Assembly (NCBI GenBank): GCA_041492755.1
Contig: JBGPXN010000099.1
Location: forward strand, 1-16,039
Direction of reading: 5' to 3'
Origin: Candidatus Methylomirabilia bacterium
GTDB lineage: Bacteria; Methylomirabilota; Methylomirabilia; Rokubacteriales; CSP1-6
DNA: 16,039 nt
Below, in pieces: positions 1-7,087 of the stretch. Below the pieces are notes generated by a model. The model worked only from the letters and a program-made list of their open reading frames with translations, did not search any database and was not told where the DNA came from. The translations under genes and the position numbers were made by a program. Every line of letters starts with the position of its first letter. The stretch's first letter is position 1.

Positions 1-566
1 CACGGCATGGTGAAGCGTCCGCTGGTCTTCACCGTCGACGCGCTCATGCGCTATCCGATGGTTTCCCGCATCCACTTCCTGGAGTGCTCCGGCAACAGCC
101 AGTTCCTCTACCAGCCGGCGCCGCCGAATCTCACCGCCGGCCAGACGCACGGGCTCGTGTCGTGCAGCGAGTGGACGGGCGTGCCGCTCCGCCTGCTGCT
201 CGAGGAGGCGGGAGTCGACCGGAGCGCGCAGTGGATTCTCGCCGAGGGCGCGGACTCCGCCGCTCTGAGCCGCAGCGTCCCGATGGCCAAGGCGATGGAC
301 GATGCGATCCTCGCGCTGTTCCAGAACGGCGAGCGGCTGCGGCCGGAGAACGGCTATCCCGTGCGCCTGTTCCTGCCCGGGTACGAAGGGAACATGAGCG
401 TGAAGTGGCTCCGGCGCCTGAAGGTGGTGCCGGCGCCGATCATGACCAAGGACGAGACGTCGCGCTACACGGACCTCCAGGGCGACGGCAAGTCGCTGAT
501 GTTCACGTACCCGATGGAGGTGAAGTCGGTCATCACGCGTCCCTCGCACGGGATGACGCTGCGGGC
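1..566 (+). pseudogene. soxC: SoxC-type sulfite dehydrogenase / sulfite oxidase-family molybdopterin subunit; begins upstream of the window and is truncated at the start of the C-terminal dimerisation domain
   Basis: Frame is open from base 1 (HGMVKRPLVFT). Contains FLECSGNS (Mo-ligand Cys), SCSEWTGVPL, EGAD, QNGERLRPENGYPVRL, PGYEGNMSVKWL and VKSVITRPS. Similarity ends at ~565 (GMTLR); the frame then runs as unrelated sequence to a stop at 636. Confidence 0.85.
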
Positions 567-749
567 TCGATGCCTTACATCCAGCCGCAGTCGCTCAGCG
601 ACAACGAGGTGTACGCGGTCACCGCGTACCTGCTGAATCTCAACGGGATCATCGGTGAGAACGACGAGATGAATGCGCAGACGCTGCCGAAGGTGACGAT
701 GCCGAACCGCGCGAACTTCATCATCGTGTATCCGTCGAGACAGAAGTAG
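567..749 (+). pseudogene. soxD: C-terminal fragment of a SoxD-type cytochrome c, lacking signal peptide and CxxCH
   Basis: A different frame reads SMPYIQPQSLSDNEVYAVTAYLLNLNGIIGENDEMNAQTLPKVTMPNRANF, the typical C-terminal half of SoxD-like cytochromes (axial Met MP, SLSxxEVYAVTAY, LPKVxMPNR). No heme-binding motif is present upstream in this frame. Stop TAG at 747-749. Confidence 0.8.
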
Positions 750-786
750 CGGCGTCGTCTCTGCCCGCCCATCGCGGGCTCGAGGG

Positions 787-1158
787 TCATCGCCGGCTCA
801 GACGCCTGACGAACTCCGCGGAGGACATGGCGCGCGCTCCCGCGCGGCTGGCGCCGTCGCACAGCTCGCGATCGTCGGAGACGACCGTCACGCCGTCGGC
901 GGCGAGCTTCAGGATCAGCGCGTCGGCGTCGCCCCGCGCGCTGGAGTAACGCACGTCCACGCCGCCGGCGCTCCGGTGCTGGCTGCCGCCCCGCTGGCCG
1001 TCGAAGACGATGGTGAAGCTATCGCGCGGAGACCGCTGGGCGAGGTTGGCGACGCGGTTGATCAGCGCCGTGCGGCCGGCCTGCCGATCGTCGTCGTGGA
1101 CGTCGGCCAGCCACGGGGTGCGCAGGATGACGTTGTGCCCGTCGATGATCCAGCGCAC
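787..1158 (-). CDS. YacP-like NYN domain protein (PIN-fold putative ribonuclease), ~123 aa
   Basis: Motifs WIIDGHNV, TIVFDG, GDADALI, VVSDDREL and GARAMSSAEF match the NYN_YacP acidic active-site pattern. GTG start at 1158 with GGAGG at 1171-1175 (minus strand). Confidence 0.85.
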   Translation of the reverse strand: MRWIIDGHNVILRTPWLADVHDDDRQAGRTALINRVANLAQRSPRDSFTIVFDGQRGGSQHRSAGGVDVRYSSARGDADALILKLAADGVTVVSDDRELCDGASRAGARAMSSAEFVRRLSRR

Positions 1159-1207
1159 GTCGGTGTCTAACCTCCGGTTCGGCGATGGCGTGGGTGTCGC
1201 GCGCCGG

Positions 1208-1651
1208 TCATGGAGTGCCTGAAGCGGGGGCGGCCGGCGCCTCCAGCTTGAAGTCTCCGTCGAGCCCGTCGAAGCAACGATCCAGAGACTCGCCGGCGTA
1301 GAAGCGTTCCAGAACGCGGCGGACCTGGGCAAAGCTCAACGCGTCAAAGAGCATCGCACCCGCGGGCCGACCGGTATCGGTCCACAGCCGGTGCTGGCCA
1401 TCGAAGCGTGATGGGCCGTTGGCCGCGATCACCATCCGCCGGCGGCCACGACCGACCGCGAAGGTGCGCACCGGCCTGTCCGAACCGCGCCGCGGCCGCC
1501 GGCGGAGGGCCGCTAACAGTCGCGGGAGCGTCCAGACGACGCTGGCGAGGGCGCCCGTGTCGTGACGGGCGACGTCGACGGTCTCGCGGCCGTCGCCATC
1601 GCGGCGGCCGCCTCGGATCAGGCGGAGCGGGCATGGGCTGTGGTCTCGCAT
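1208..1651 (-). CDS. Hypothetical protein, 147 aa
   Basis: ORF fills the gap between the NYN gene and the divergent promoter region. ATG lies just downstream of an AT-rich TATATAAG box. The C-terminal half looks globular (LSFAQVRRVLERFYAGESL). No family recognised. Confidence 0.5.
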   Translation of the reverse strand: MRDHSPCPLRLIRGGRRDGDGRETVDVARHDTGALASVVWTLPRLLAALRRRPRRGSDRPVRTFAVGRGRRRMVIAANGPSRFDGQHRLWTDTGRPAGAMLFDALSFAQVRRVLERFYAGESLDRCFDGLDGDFKLEAPAAPASGTP

Positions 1652-1659
1652 GGCCCCAC

Positions 1660-1757
1660 CTTATATAAGCGTTGTGACAGGGAAGGTCACGCCGGCCAGC
1701 CCCGTCACCGGCCGGAAACGGCCCGCGGGTGCTGTATCATCCCGCCGGACAAGGAGG
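1660..1757. promoter_or_regulatory. Divergent promoter region with candidate operator palindromes
   Basis: Perfect palindrome CTTATATAAG at 1660-1669, inverted repeat GTGAC-N7-GTCAC at 1674-1690, a -10-like TATCAT at 1735-1740 and RBS AAGGAGG at 1751-1757. Confidence 0.4.
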
Positions 1758-1763
1758 TGCGCC

Positions 1764-2978
1764 GTGAAGATCACCAGCATCGAAACGTTCGTCGTCGACG
1801 CCGGCTGGCGGCCCTGGCAGTTCGTCGCCATCCGGACCGACGCCGGCATCACCGGTTACGGCGAGTGCTCCGACGGCCGCAATCCCTACGGTGTGGTCGG
1901 GACCGTCCGCGACTTCGAGCCCATCCTGATCGGCAAGGATCCGCGGCCCATCGAGACCCGCTACTGGGACCTCTATCGCGGCTCCCGCCAGAGTCCGGGC
2001 GGCATCGCGGCCAAGGCCATCGCGGGAATCGAGCTGGCGCTGTGGGACATCAAGGCCAAGGCGCTGGGCGTGCCGGTGTACGAGCTGTTCGGTGGACCGC
2101 TGCGCGAGCGGCAGATGGTGTACTGGTCGCACTGCGGGACGTCGCGGGCGCGCAGCCACCAGCTCATCGGCGTGCCGCCGCTCAAGACGATGGACGACGT
2201 CGCGCGGCTCGGCGAGGAAGTCGTGCGGCGTGGATTCAAGGCGCTCAAGACCAACATCGTCTATCCGGGCGATCCGGCGCGCGTGCACTTCGGCGGGTTC
2301 GGCGGGGGGCCGGGGACGACGGATCAGAACGTCAGCACCGAGATGGTGGCGCACATCGAGACGCTGCTCGGGACGTTCCGGAAGGCGGTGGGGCCGCACG
2401 TGGGGCTGGCGCTCGATCTGAACTTCAACTTCAAGCCGGAGGCGGCGCGGCGGATCTGCCAGGCGCTGGAGCCGCTGAAGATGATGTGGGTCGAGATCGA
2501 CATGTACGACGAGCGGGCGCTGCGCGAGGTGAAGGACGGCACCTCGCTGCCCATCTGCTCGGGCGAGAACCTGTTCGGTCTGCGCGGGTATCGACCGTAC
2601 TTCGAGGCGCGCGCGATGGACGTGGTGATGATCGACGTGCCGTGGAACGGGTTCGCCCACTCCAAGCGCGTGGCCGACCTGGCGGAGAGCTACGAGCTGA
2701 ACGTCGCGCCCCACAACTACTACAGCCACCTGTCCACGCTGCACTCGGCGCACCTGTGCGCGTGCGTGCCGAACGTGAAGATCATGGAGATCGACGTCGA
2801 CGACGTGCCGTGGAAGGACGAGCTGGTGGACCACCCGCCGGTGATCGAGAACGGCGAGCTGGTGATTCCGACGCGGCCGGGGTGGGGCGCGGACCTCAAC
2901 GAGGACGTCGCGCGCAAGCACGTGTGGGAGCCGGGGCGGCTGCCGGGGTACTCGCAGCCGGACATGTATCGGCGGTAG
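1764..2978 (+). CDS. Mandelate racemase / muconate lactonizing enzyme family protein (galactonate dehydratase-like enolase superfamily)
   Basis: GTG start after AAGGAGG. N-terminus KITSIETF..IRTDAGITGYGE, then AIAGIELALWDIKAKALGVPVYELFGG, FKALK, metal ligands in LALDLN / WVEID / SGEN, and APHN. Confidence 0.93.
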   Translation: MKITSIETFVVDAGWRPWQFVAIRTDAGITGYGECSDGRNPYGVVGTVRDFEPILIGKDPRPIETRYWDLYRGSRQSPGGIAAKAIAGIELALWDIKAKALGVPVYELFGGPLRERQMVYWSHCGTSRARSHQLIGVPPLKTMDDVARLGEEVVRRGFKALKTNIVYPGDPARVHFGGFGGGPGTTDQNVSTEMVAHIETLLGTFRKAVGPHVGLALDLNFNFKPEAARRICQALEPLKMMWVEIDMYDERALREVKDGTSLPICSGENLFGLRGYRPYFEARAMDVVMIDVPWNGFAHSKRVADLAESYELNVAPHNYYSHLSTLHSAHLCACVPNVKIMEIDVDDVPWKDELVDHPPVIENGELVIPTRPGWGADLNEDVARKHVWEPGRLPGYSQPDMYRR

Positions 2979-3039
2979 GCGCGCCGGGCGGATCGGCTGC
3001 ACCGCGGGATCAGCGGCGCATCGGGGCGACGACGCTGGC

Positions 3040-3288
3040 TCAGCGACCGGGCCGATCGGCGTCGGGGTCGGTCGCGCGATAGCCGCGCGACCTCATGCAC
3101 AGCTTGTAGAGCGACTCGCGATCGCGCGGCGGCGCCACGTACGACTCGTACTGGCACTCGTAGCTGTCGTGGTTGATCTGGTCGCGCGCCGTGTTCGGGC
3201 GCTCCCAGAGCGGCGCGCAACCGGCCAGGACGAGGACCGGGAGCCAGACGAGCGCGCTTCTCCGCGTGGACAGGATGGGGGTGGACAT
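3040..3288 (-). CDS. Small putative lipoprotein, 82 aa
   Basis: Basic N-terminus, hydrophobic stretch and lipobox LAGC. Mature part W-x-RP...D..EC...LYKLCMRSRGY has a Cys pair. AGAGG upstream of ATG. Confidence 0.75.
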   Translation of the reverse strand: MSTPILSTRRSALVWLPVLVLAGCAPLWERPNTARDQINHDSYECQYESYVAPPRDRESLYKLCMRSRGYRATDPDADRPGR

Positions 3289-3410
3289 GGCCTCTACCTA
3301 CCACGACGGGGGGACGGGAGTCACGGGCACCCGTCCCGGCCGAACGGGCGCGGGCTCCTCTGCCACGGTCTTTGGCGGGAACGCGCTCCCCAATGCATAA
3401 TCCACGGACC

Positions 3411-4988
3411 GTGAGCATCGTCCGCCCCCGTCCCTGGCACCGCGTGTGGCCGCCTCATCTGCCCCACACGCTCGACTATCCCTCGGTGCCCGCCTGGTGG
3501 CTGCTGGAGCGCAACCTCCGGCGCTTCGGCGGGCGCGTCGCCATCCGAGAAGTCGATCACGAGACGCTCGCCGAGGGCCGGGTCCTCACCTACGAAGCGC
3601 TGGAGCGCGCCGCGCGCGGCGCCGCCTTTGGGCTCGTGGACGTCGGCGTGGGTCCGGGCACGCGCGTGGGCTTCTGCCTGCCGAATAGCGCCGCGCTCGT
3701 CGTGGGCTACTACGCGACCTGGTGGGCGGGCGGCACCATCGTGCCGGCCAATCCGCTGGCGAAGGTCGGCGAGCTCGAACAGCAGCTGCGCGACGCCGAC
3801 GTTGCGCTCGTGGTCGGCGAGCCGGACGGGCCGGCGGAGGCCGCGGCCAGGGCGCTCGATGTCACGTTCCTTCACGTCGGCGCGTTCGAGGCGATGGAAG
3901 GCCTTCGCGCGGCGCCGGCCGCGCCATGTACGCCGGCCGACGACGTCGCCGTCATCCTGTATACCGGCGGCACCACGGGGACGCCGAAGGGCGCGATGCT
4001 GACCCATCGCAACCTCGTGGCGAACACGATCCAGTTCGCCGAGTGGTACGCGTTCGCCCCGGGTGAGGAGACGTCGATCGCCGCCGTTCCGTTGTTCAGT
4101 GCGGGCGGGATGTCGGGGGCCATGAACGTGCCGCTCTACGCCGGCGCTACGCTGATCGTGTTCCCGCGTTTCCGCGCGGCCGCGGTGGCCAAGGCGTGCG
4201 GACACTATGGTGCGACGCGACTCCCCGGCGTGCCGACCATGTTCATCGCGCTCATGAACGACGCGGCCGGCCGCGCCGCCGACTACTCCCGGCTGCGCGC
4301 GTGCCGCACCAACGCGGCGCCGCTGCCGCCGGCGGTGAAGGCGGCATTCGACCAGCTCGTGGGGCGCGAGGTCCTGGTGGAGGGATACGGGCTGACCGAG
4401 GCCGGCCCGCTCACTCACGCGAATCCCCTCCACCGGGCCAAGCCCGGTTCGATCGGCATCCCGCTCCCGGACACCGACGCCCGCATCGTCGACCTGACGA
4501 CGGGACGCGAGGTCGAGACGGGCGAGAGCGGCGAGCTGTTGGTCCGCGGCCCCCAAGTCATGAAGGGCTACTGGAAGCGGCCGGCCGCGACGGAAAACGC
4601 GATGACGGAGGGCTGGCTCCGGACCGGCGACGTCGCGACCATGGATGGCGAGGGGTACTTTGCCATCGTGGATCGCAAGAAGGACATGATCAACACGGCC
4701 GGCTTCAAGGTGTGGCCGAGCGAGGTCGAGGAAGTTCTCTACGCCCACGATGCGGTGAAGCTCGTGGTGGTGGTGGGCGTGCCGGATGATTATCGCGGCG
4801 AGGAAGTGCAGGCCTTCGTCGTGCTCAAGGACGAGCATCGCACGAGCGCGGAGGAGCTGGTCGCGTACTGCCGGGCCCGGTTGAGCGCCTACAAGGTTCC
4901 GCGGGCGGTGGAGTTCAGGACCGAGCTGCCCATGAGCGACTCCGGCCGGCTCCTGCGGCGCGCGCTGCGGGGCCAGACGGCGGGCTGA
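3411..4988 (+). CDS. Long-chain-fatty-acid--CoA ligase-like AMP-binding enzyme (ANL superfamily)
   Basis: ILYTGGTTGTPKG (A3), EGYGLTE (A5), GELLVRGPQVMKGYW, WLRTGD (A7), DRKKDMINTAG (A8). Start is uncertain (GTG 3411 or ATG 3393). Stop overlaps the next ATG (TGATG). Confidence 0.92.
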   Translation: MSIVRPRPWHRVWPPHLPHTLDYPSVPAWWLLERNLRRFGGRVAIREVDHETLAEGRVLTYEALERAARGAAFGLVDVGVGPGTRVGFCLPNSAALVVGYYATWWAGGTIVPANPLAKVGELEQQLRDADVALVVGEPDGPAEAAARALDVTFLHVGAFEAMEGLRAAPAAPCTPADDVAVILYTGGTTGTPKGAMLTHRNLVANTIQFAEWYAFAPGEETSIAAVPLFSAGGMSGAMNVPLYAGATLIVFPRFRAAAVAKACGHYGATRLPGVPTMFIALMNDAAGRAADYSRLRACRTNAAPLPPAVKAAFDQLVGREVLVEGYGLTEAGPLTHANPLHRAKPGSIGIPLPDTDARIVDLTTGREVETGESGELLVRGPQVMKGYWKRPAATENAMTEGWLRTGDVATMDGEGYFAIVDRKKDMINTAGFKVWPSEVEEVLYAHDAVKLVVVVGVPDDYRGEEVQAFVVLKDEHRTSAEELVAYCRARLSAYKVPRAVEFRTELPMSDSGRLLRRALRGQTAG

Positions 4989-7087
4989 TGCACTGGATCG
5001 GCGTCGACGTCGGCGGCACCTTCACCGACGTGGTGGCCTACGACGAGTCGACGGGCGCGCTCGCGTTCGCGAAGTCGCCGACGAGCCCGGCCGATCCCAC
5101 CGTCGGCCTCCTCAACGCGCTCGCCAAGCTCGGGGTCGCCCTGCCCGAGACCGGTCGCGTGGTGCACGGCACCACCATCGGCACCAACGCGGTGCTGGAG
5201 CGGCGCGGCGCGCCCGTGTGGATGATCACGACCCGCGGCTTCCGCGACACGCTCGAGATCGCGCGCACCAACCGCACGGTGCTCTACGACATCCGCGCGC
5301 GCAAGCCCGCGCCGCTGGTGGAGCGTCACCGGATCGTCGAGGTGGACGAGCGGGTCGCCGCCGACGGCACGGTGCTCCGGGCGTTGCGCGAGGACGATCT
5401 GCGCGCGGCGATTGGGCGCATCGGGGCGGGGACGAACGGGCCGGCGGCGGGCCCCGACGCGAACGTTTCAACAACGGGCGCCGGCGCGAATGGCGCGGCC
5501 AGCGGTCGGGGTGCCGTCGTCATCGGCTTCCTTCACAGTTACCTCAACCCGGCGCACGAGCGGGCCGCGGCGCAGACGGCGGCCGCGCTGCTTCCGGGAT
5601 GGTTCGTCACGACGTCGGAGGAAGTCCTGCCGGAGTTCCGCGAGTACGAGCGCTTCAGCACGGCGGCGCTGAACGCCTACATCGGACCGAAGCTCAACGG
5701 CTATCTGACCAACCTTCGGGCGGCGCTTTCCGAGCGCGGCTACGCGGGCCGCGTGTTCATCACGACGTCGAGCGGCGGGATCATGACGTCCGAGGTCGCC
5801 GCGCGGTTTCCCGTCCACACCGTGCTCTCCGGGCCGGCCGGCGGCGTGGCGGCCGCCGTCGCGCTCGGCCGGCTGACTGGCCACCGCGATCTGATCACCT
5901 ACGACATGGGCGGCACCAGCACCGACGTGTGCCTCATCGAAGACCTCGAGCCGACCCTCACCACCGAGCAGCACATCGCCGGGCTGCCGAACCGGACGCC
6001 GCAGATCGAGATCAACTCGATCGGGGCCGGCGGCGGCAGCGTGGCCTGGCTGGATGCGGGGGGGGCGCTCCGGGTGGGGCCGCGGAGCGCGGGCGCCGAG
6101 CCGGGGCCCGCGTGCTACGGGCGCGGCGGCACCGAGCCCGCCATCACCGACGCCAACGTCGTGCTCGGCCGCGTCCCGACCGACGTCCCGCTCGCCGGCG
6201 AGGTCGCGCTCGACGCCGGGCGGGCGCGACAGGCGCTCGCCACGCTGCTGGGCCGGGTGGCCGGGCTCGCCGACGAGGCGGCGCTGGCCGAGGGAATCAT
6301 CCGGATCGCCGTGGCCCGGATGGTGGGCGCCATCAAGGAGGTCTCGATCGCCAAGGGCCACGATCCGCGCGACTTCGTCCTCGTCGCCTACGGCGGCGCG
6401 GGGCCGATGCACGCCGCGCTGGTCGCCGAGGAGCTCGAGATGGCGCGCGTCATCGTCCCACCGGCGCCCGGCAACTTCTCGGCGTTCGGCTCGCTCATCT
6501 CGGATCTCCGCCGCGACTACGTGCGCACGCGCCTCACTCCCACGCGGCGAGCCGAGATGGTGGACGTCGAGCGGGTGTTCGCGGAGATGGAGCAGGAGGC
6601 GGGCGCGGATCTGGCCGCCGAAGGCATCGCGCGCGCGCAGGCCTCGTTCGTCCGGACGCTCGGCATGCGCTACGTCGGCCAGTCCTGGGAGCTGCTGGTG
6701 CGGGTGCCGGCCGGCGCTGATTCGCTCGGCGCGCTGGAGCGCGCGTTCTACCAGGCGCACGAGCGCCGCTACGGTCACGCCCACGATGGCCCCGTCGAGA
6801 TCGTCAATTTCCGGCTCACCGCGACCGGGGCCGTGCCCAAGCCGCCGGCGCCGACGTGGTCGGTGACCGGAGCCCTGGCGCGCGCGCGCCGCGTCGAGCG
6901 CGCCGTGTACTTCGGCGGCGAGTCGGCGGCGGTGCCGGTGTACGAGCGGACGCGGGTGCCGGGCGGCGTGGCCATCGCCGGGCCGTGCATCGTCGAAGAG
7001 ATGGGCGCGACGACGGTGATCCCGCCCGGCTGGACGGCGAGGGTGGGCGCGTGGGGTGAGCTGATCCTGACCCGGAGCAGCCTGTGA
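4988..7087 (+). CDS. hyuA: Hydantoinase/oxoprolinase A subunit (N-methylhydantoinase A / acetone carboxylase beta family, ATP-binding)
   Basis: GVDVGGTFTD, HGTTIGTNA, TTRGFRD, EFREYERFSTA, LSGPAGGV, DMGGTSTD, IGAGGGS, SAGAEPGPACYGRGG, YGGAGPMHA, MRYVGQSWEL. Symbol is family-level only. Confidence 0.95.
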   Translation: MHWIGVDVGGTFTDVVAYDESTGALAFAKSPTSPADPTVGLLNALAKLGVALPETGRVVHGTTIGTNAVLERRGAPVWMITTRGFRDTLEIARTNRTVLYDIRARKPAPLVERHRIVEVDERVAADGTVLRALREDDLRAAIGRIGAGTNGPAAGPDANVSTTGAGANGAASGRGAVVIGFLHSYLNPAHERAAAQTAAALLPGWFVTTSEEVLPEFREYERFSTAALNAYIGPKLNGYLTNLRAALSERGYAGRVFITTSSGGIMTSEVAARFPVHTVLSGPAGGVAAAVALGRLTGHRDLITYDMGGTSTDVCLIEDLEPTLTTEQHIAGLPNRTPQIEINSIGAGGGSVAWLDAGGALRVGPRSAGAEPGPACYGRGGTEPAITDANVVLGRVPTDVPLAGEVALDAGRARQALATLLGRVAGLADEAALAEGIIRIAVARMVGAIKEVSIAKGHDPRDFVLVAYGGAGPMHAALVAEELEMARVIVPPAPGNFSAFGSLISDLRRDYVRTRLTPTRRAEMVDVERVFAEMEQEAGADLAAEGIARAQASFVRTLGMRYVGQSWELLVRVPAGADSLGALERAFYQAHERRYGHAHDGPVEIVNFRLTATGAVPKPPAPTWSVTGALARARRVERAVYFGGESAAVPVYERTRVPGGVAIAGPCIVEEMGATTVIPPGWTARVGAWGELILTRSSL

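Noticed and set aside
540..600. Programmed frameshift producing a SoxC-SoxD fusion
   Set aside because: No slippery sequence is visible, and the product would lack both the dimerisation domain and the heme motif. Deletion is the simpler explanation.
84..749. 221-aa ORF as a real gene
   Set aside because: The first ~160 aa are an off-frame shadow of soxC. Only the last ~60 aa are protein-like (SoxD fragment).
764..779. Intrinsic terminator GCCCGC-N4-GCGGGC between convergent genes
   Set aside because: The stem is short, has no U-tract and is expected by chance at this GC content.
1673..1691. CRP/FNR site (TGTGA...TCACG)
   Set aside because: Half-site spacing is 9 nt rather than 6. Kept only as a generic inverted repeat.
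1650..1763. Upstream start extensions in the ORF track (1650, and likewise 1332, 3372, 11372, 13794)
   Set aside because: Family similarity and, in most cases, RBS positions favour downstream starts at 1764, 1158, 3411/3393, 11312 and 13989.
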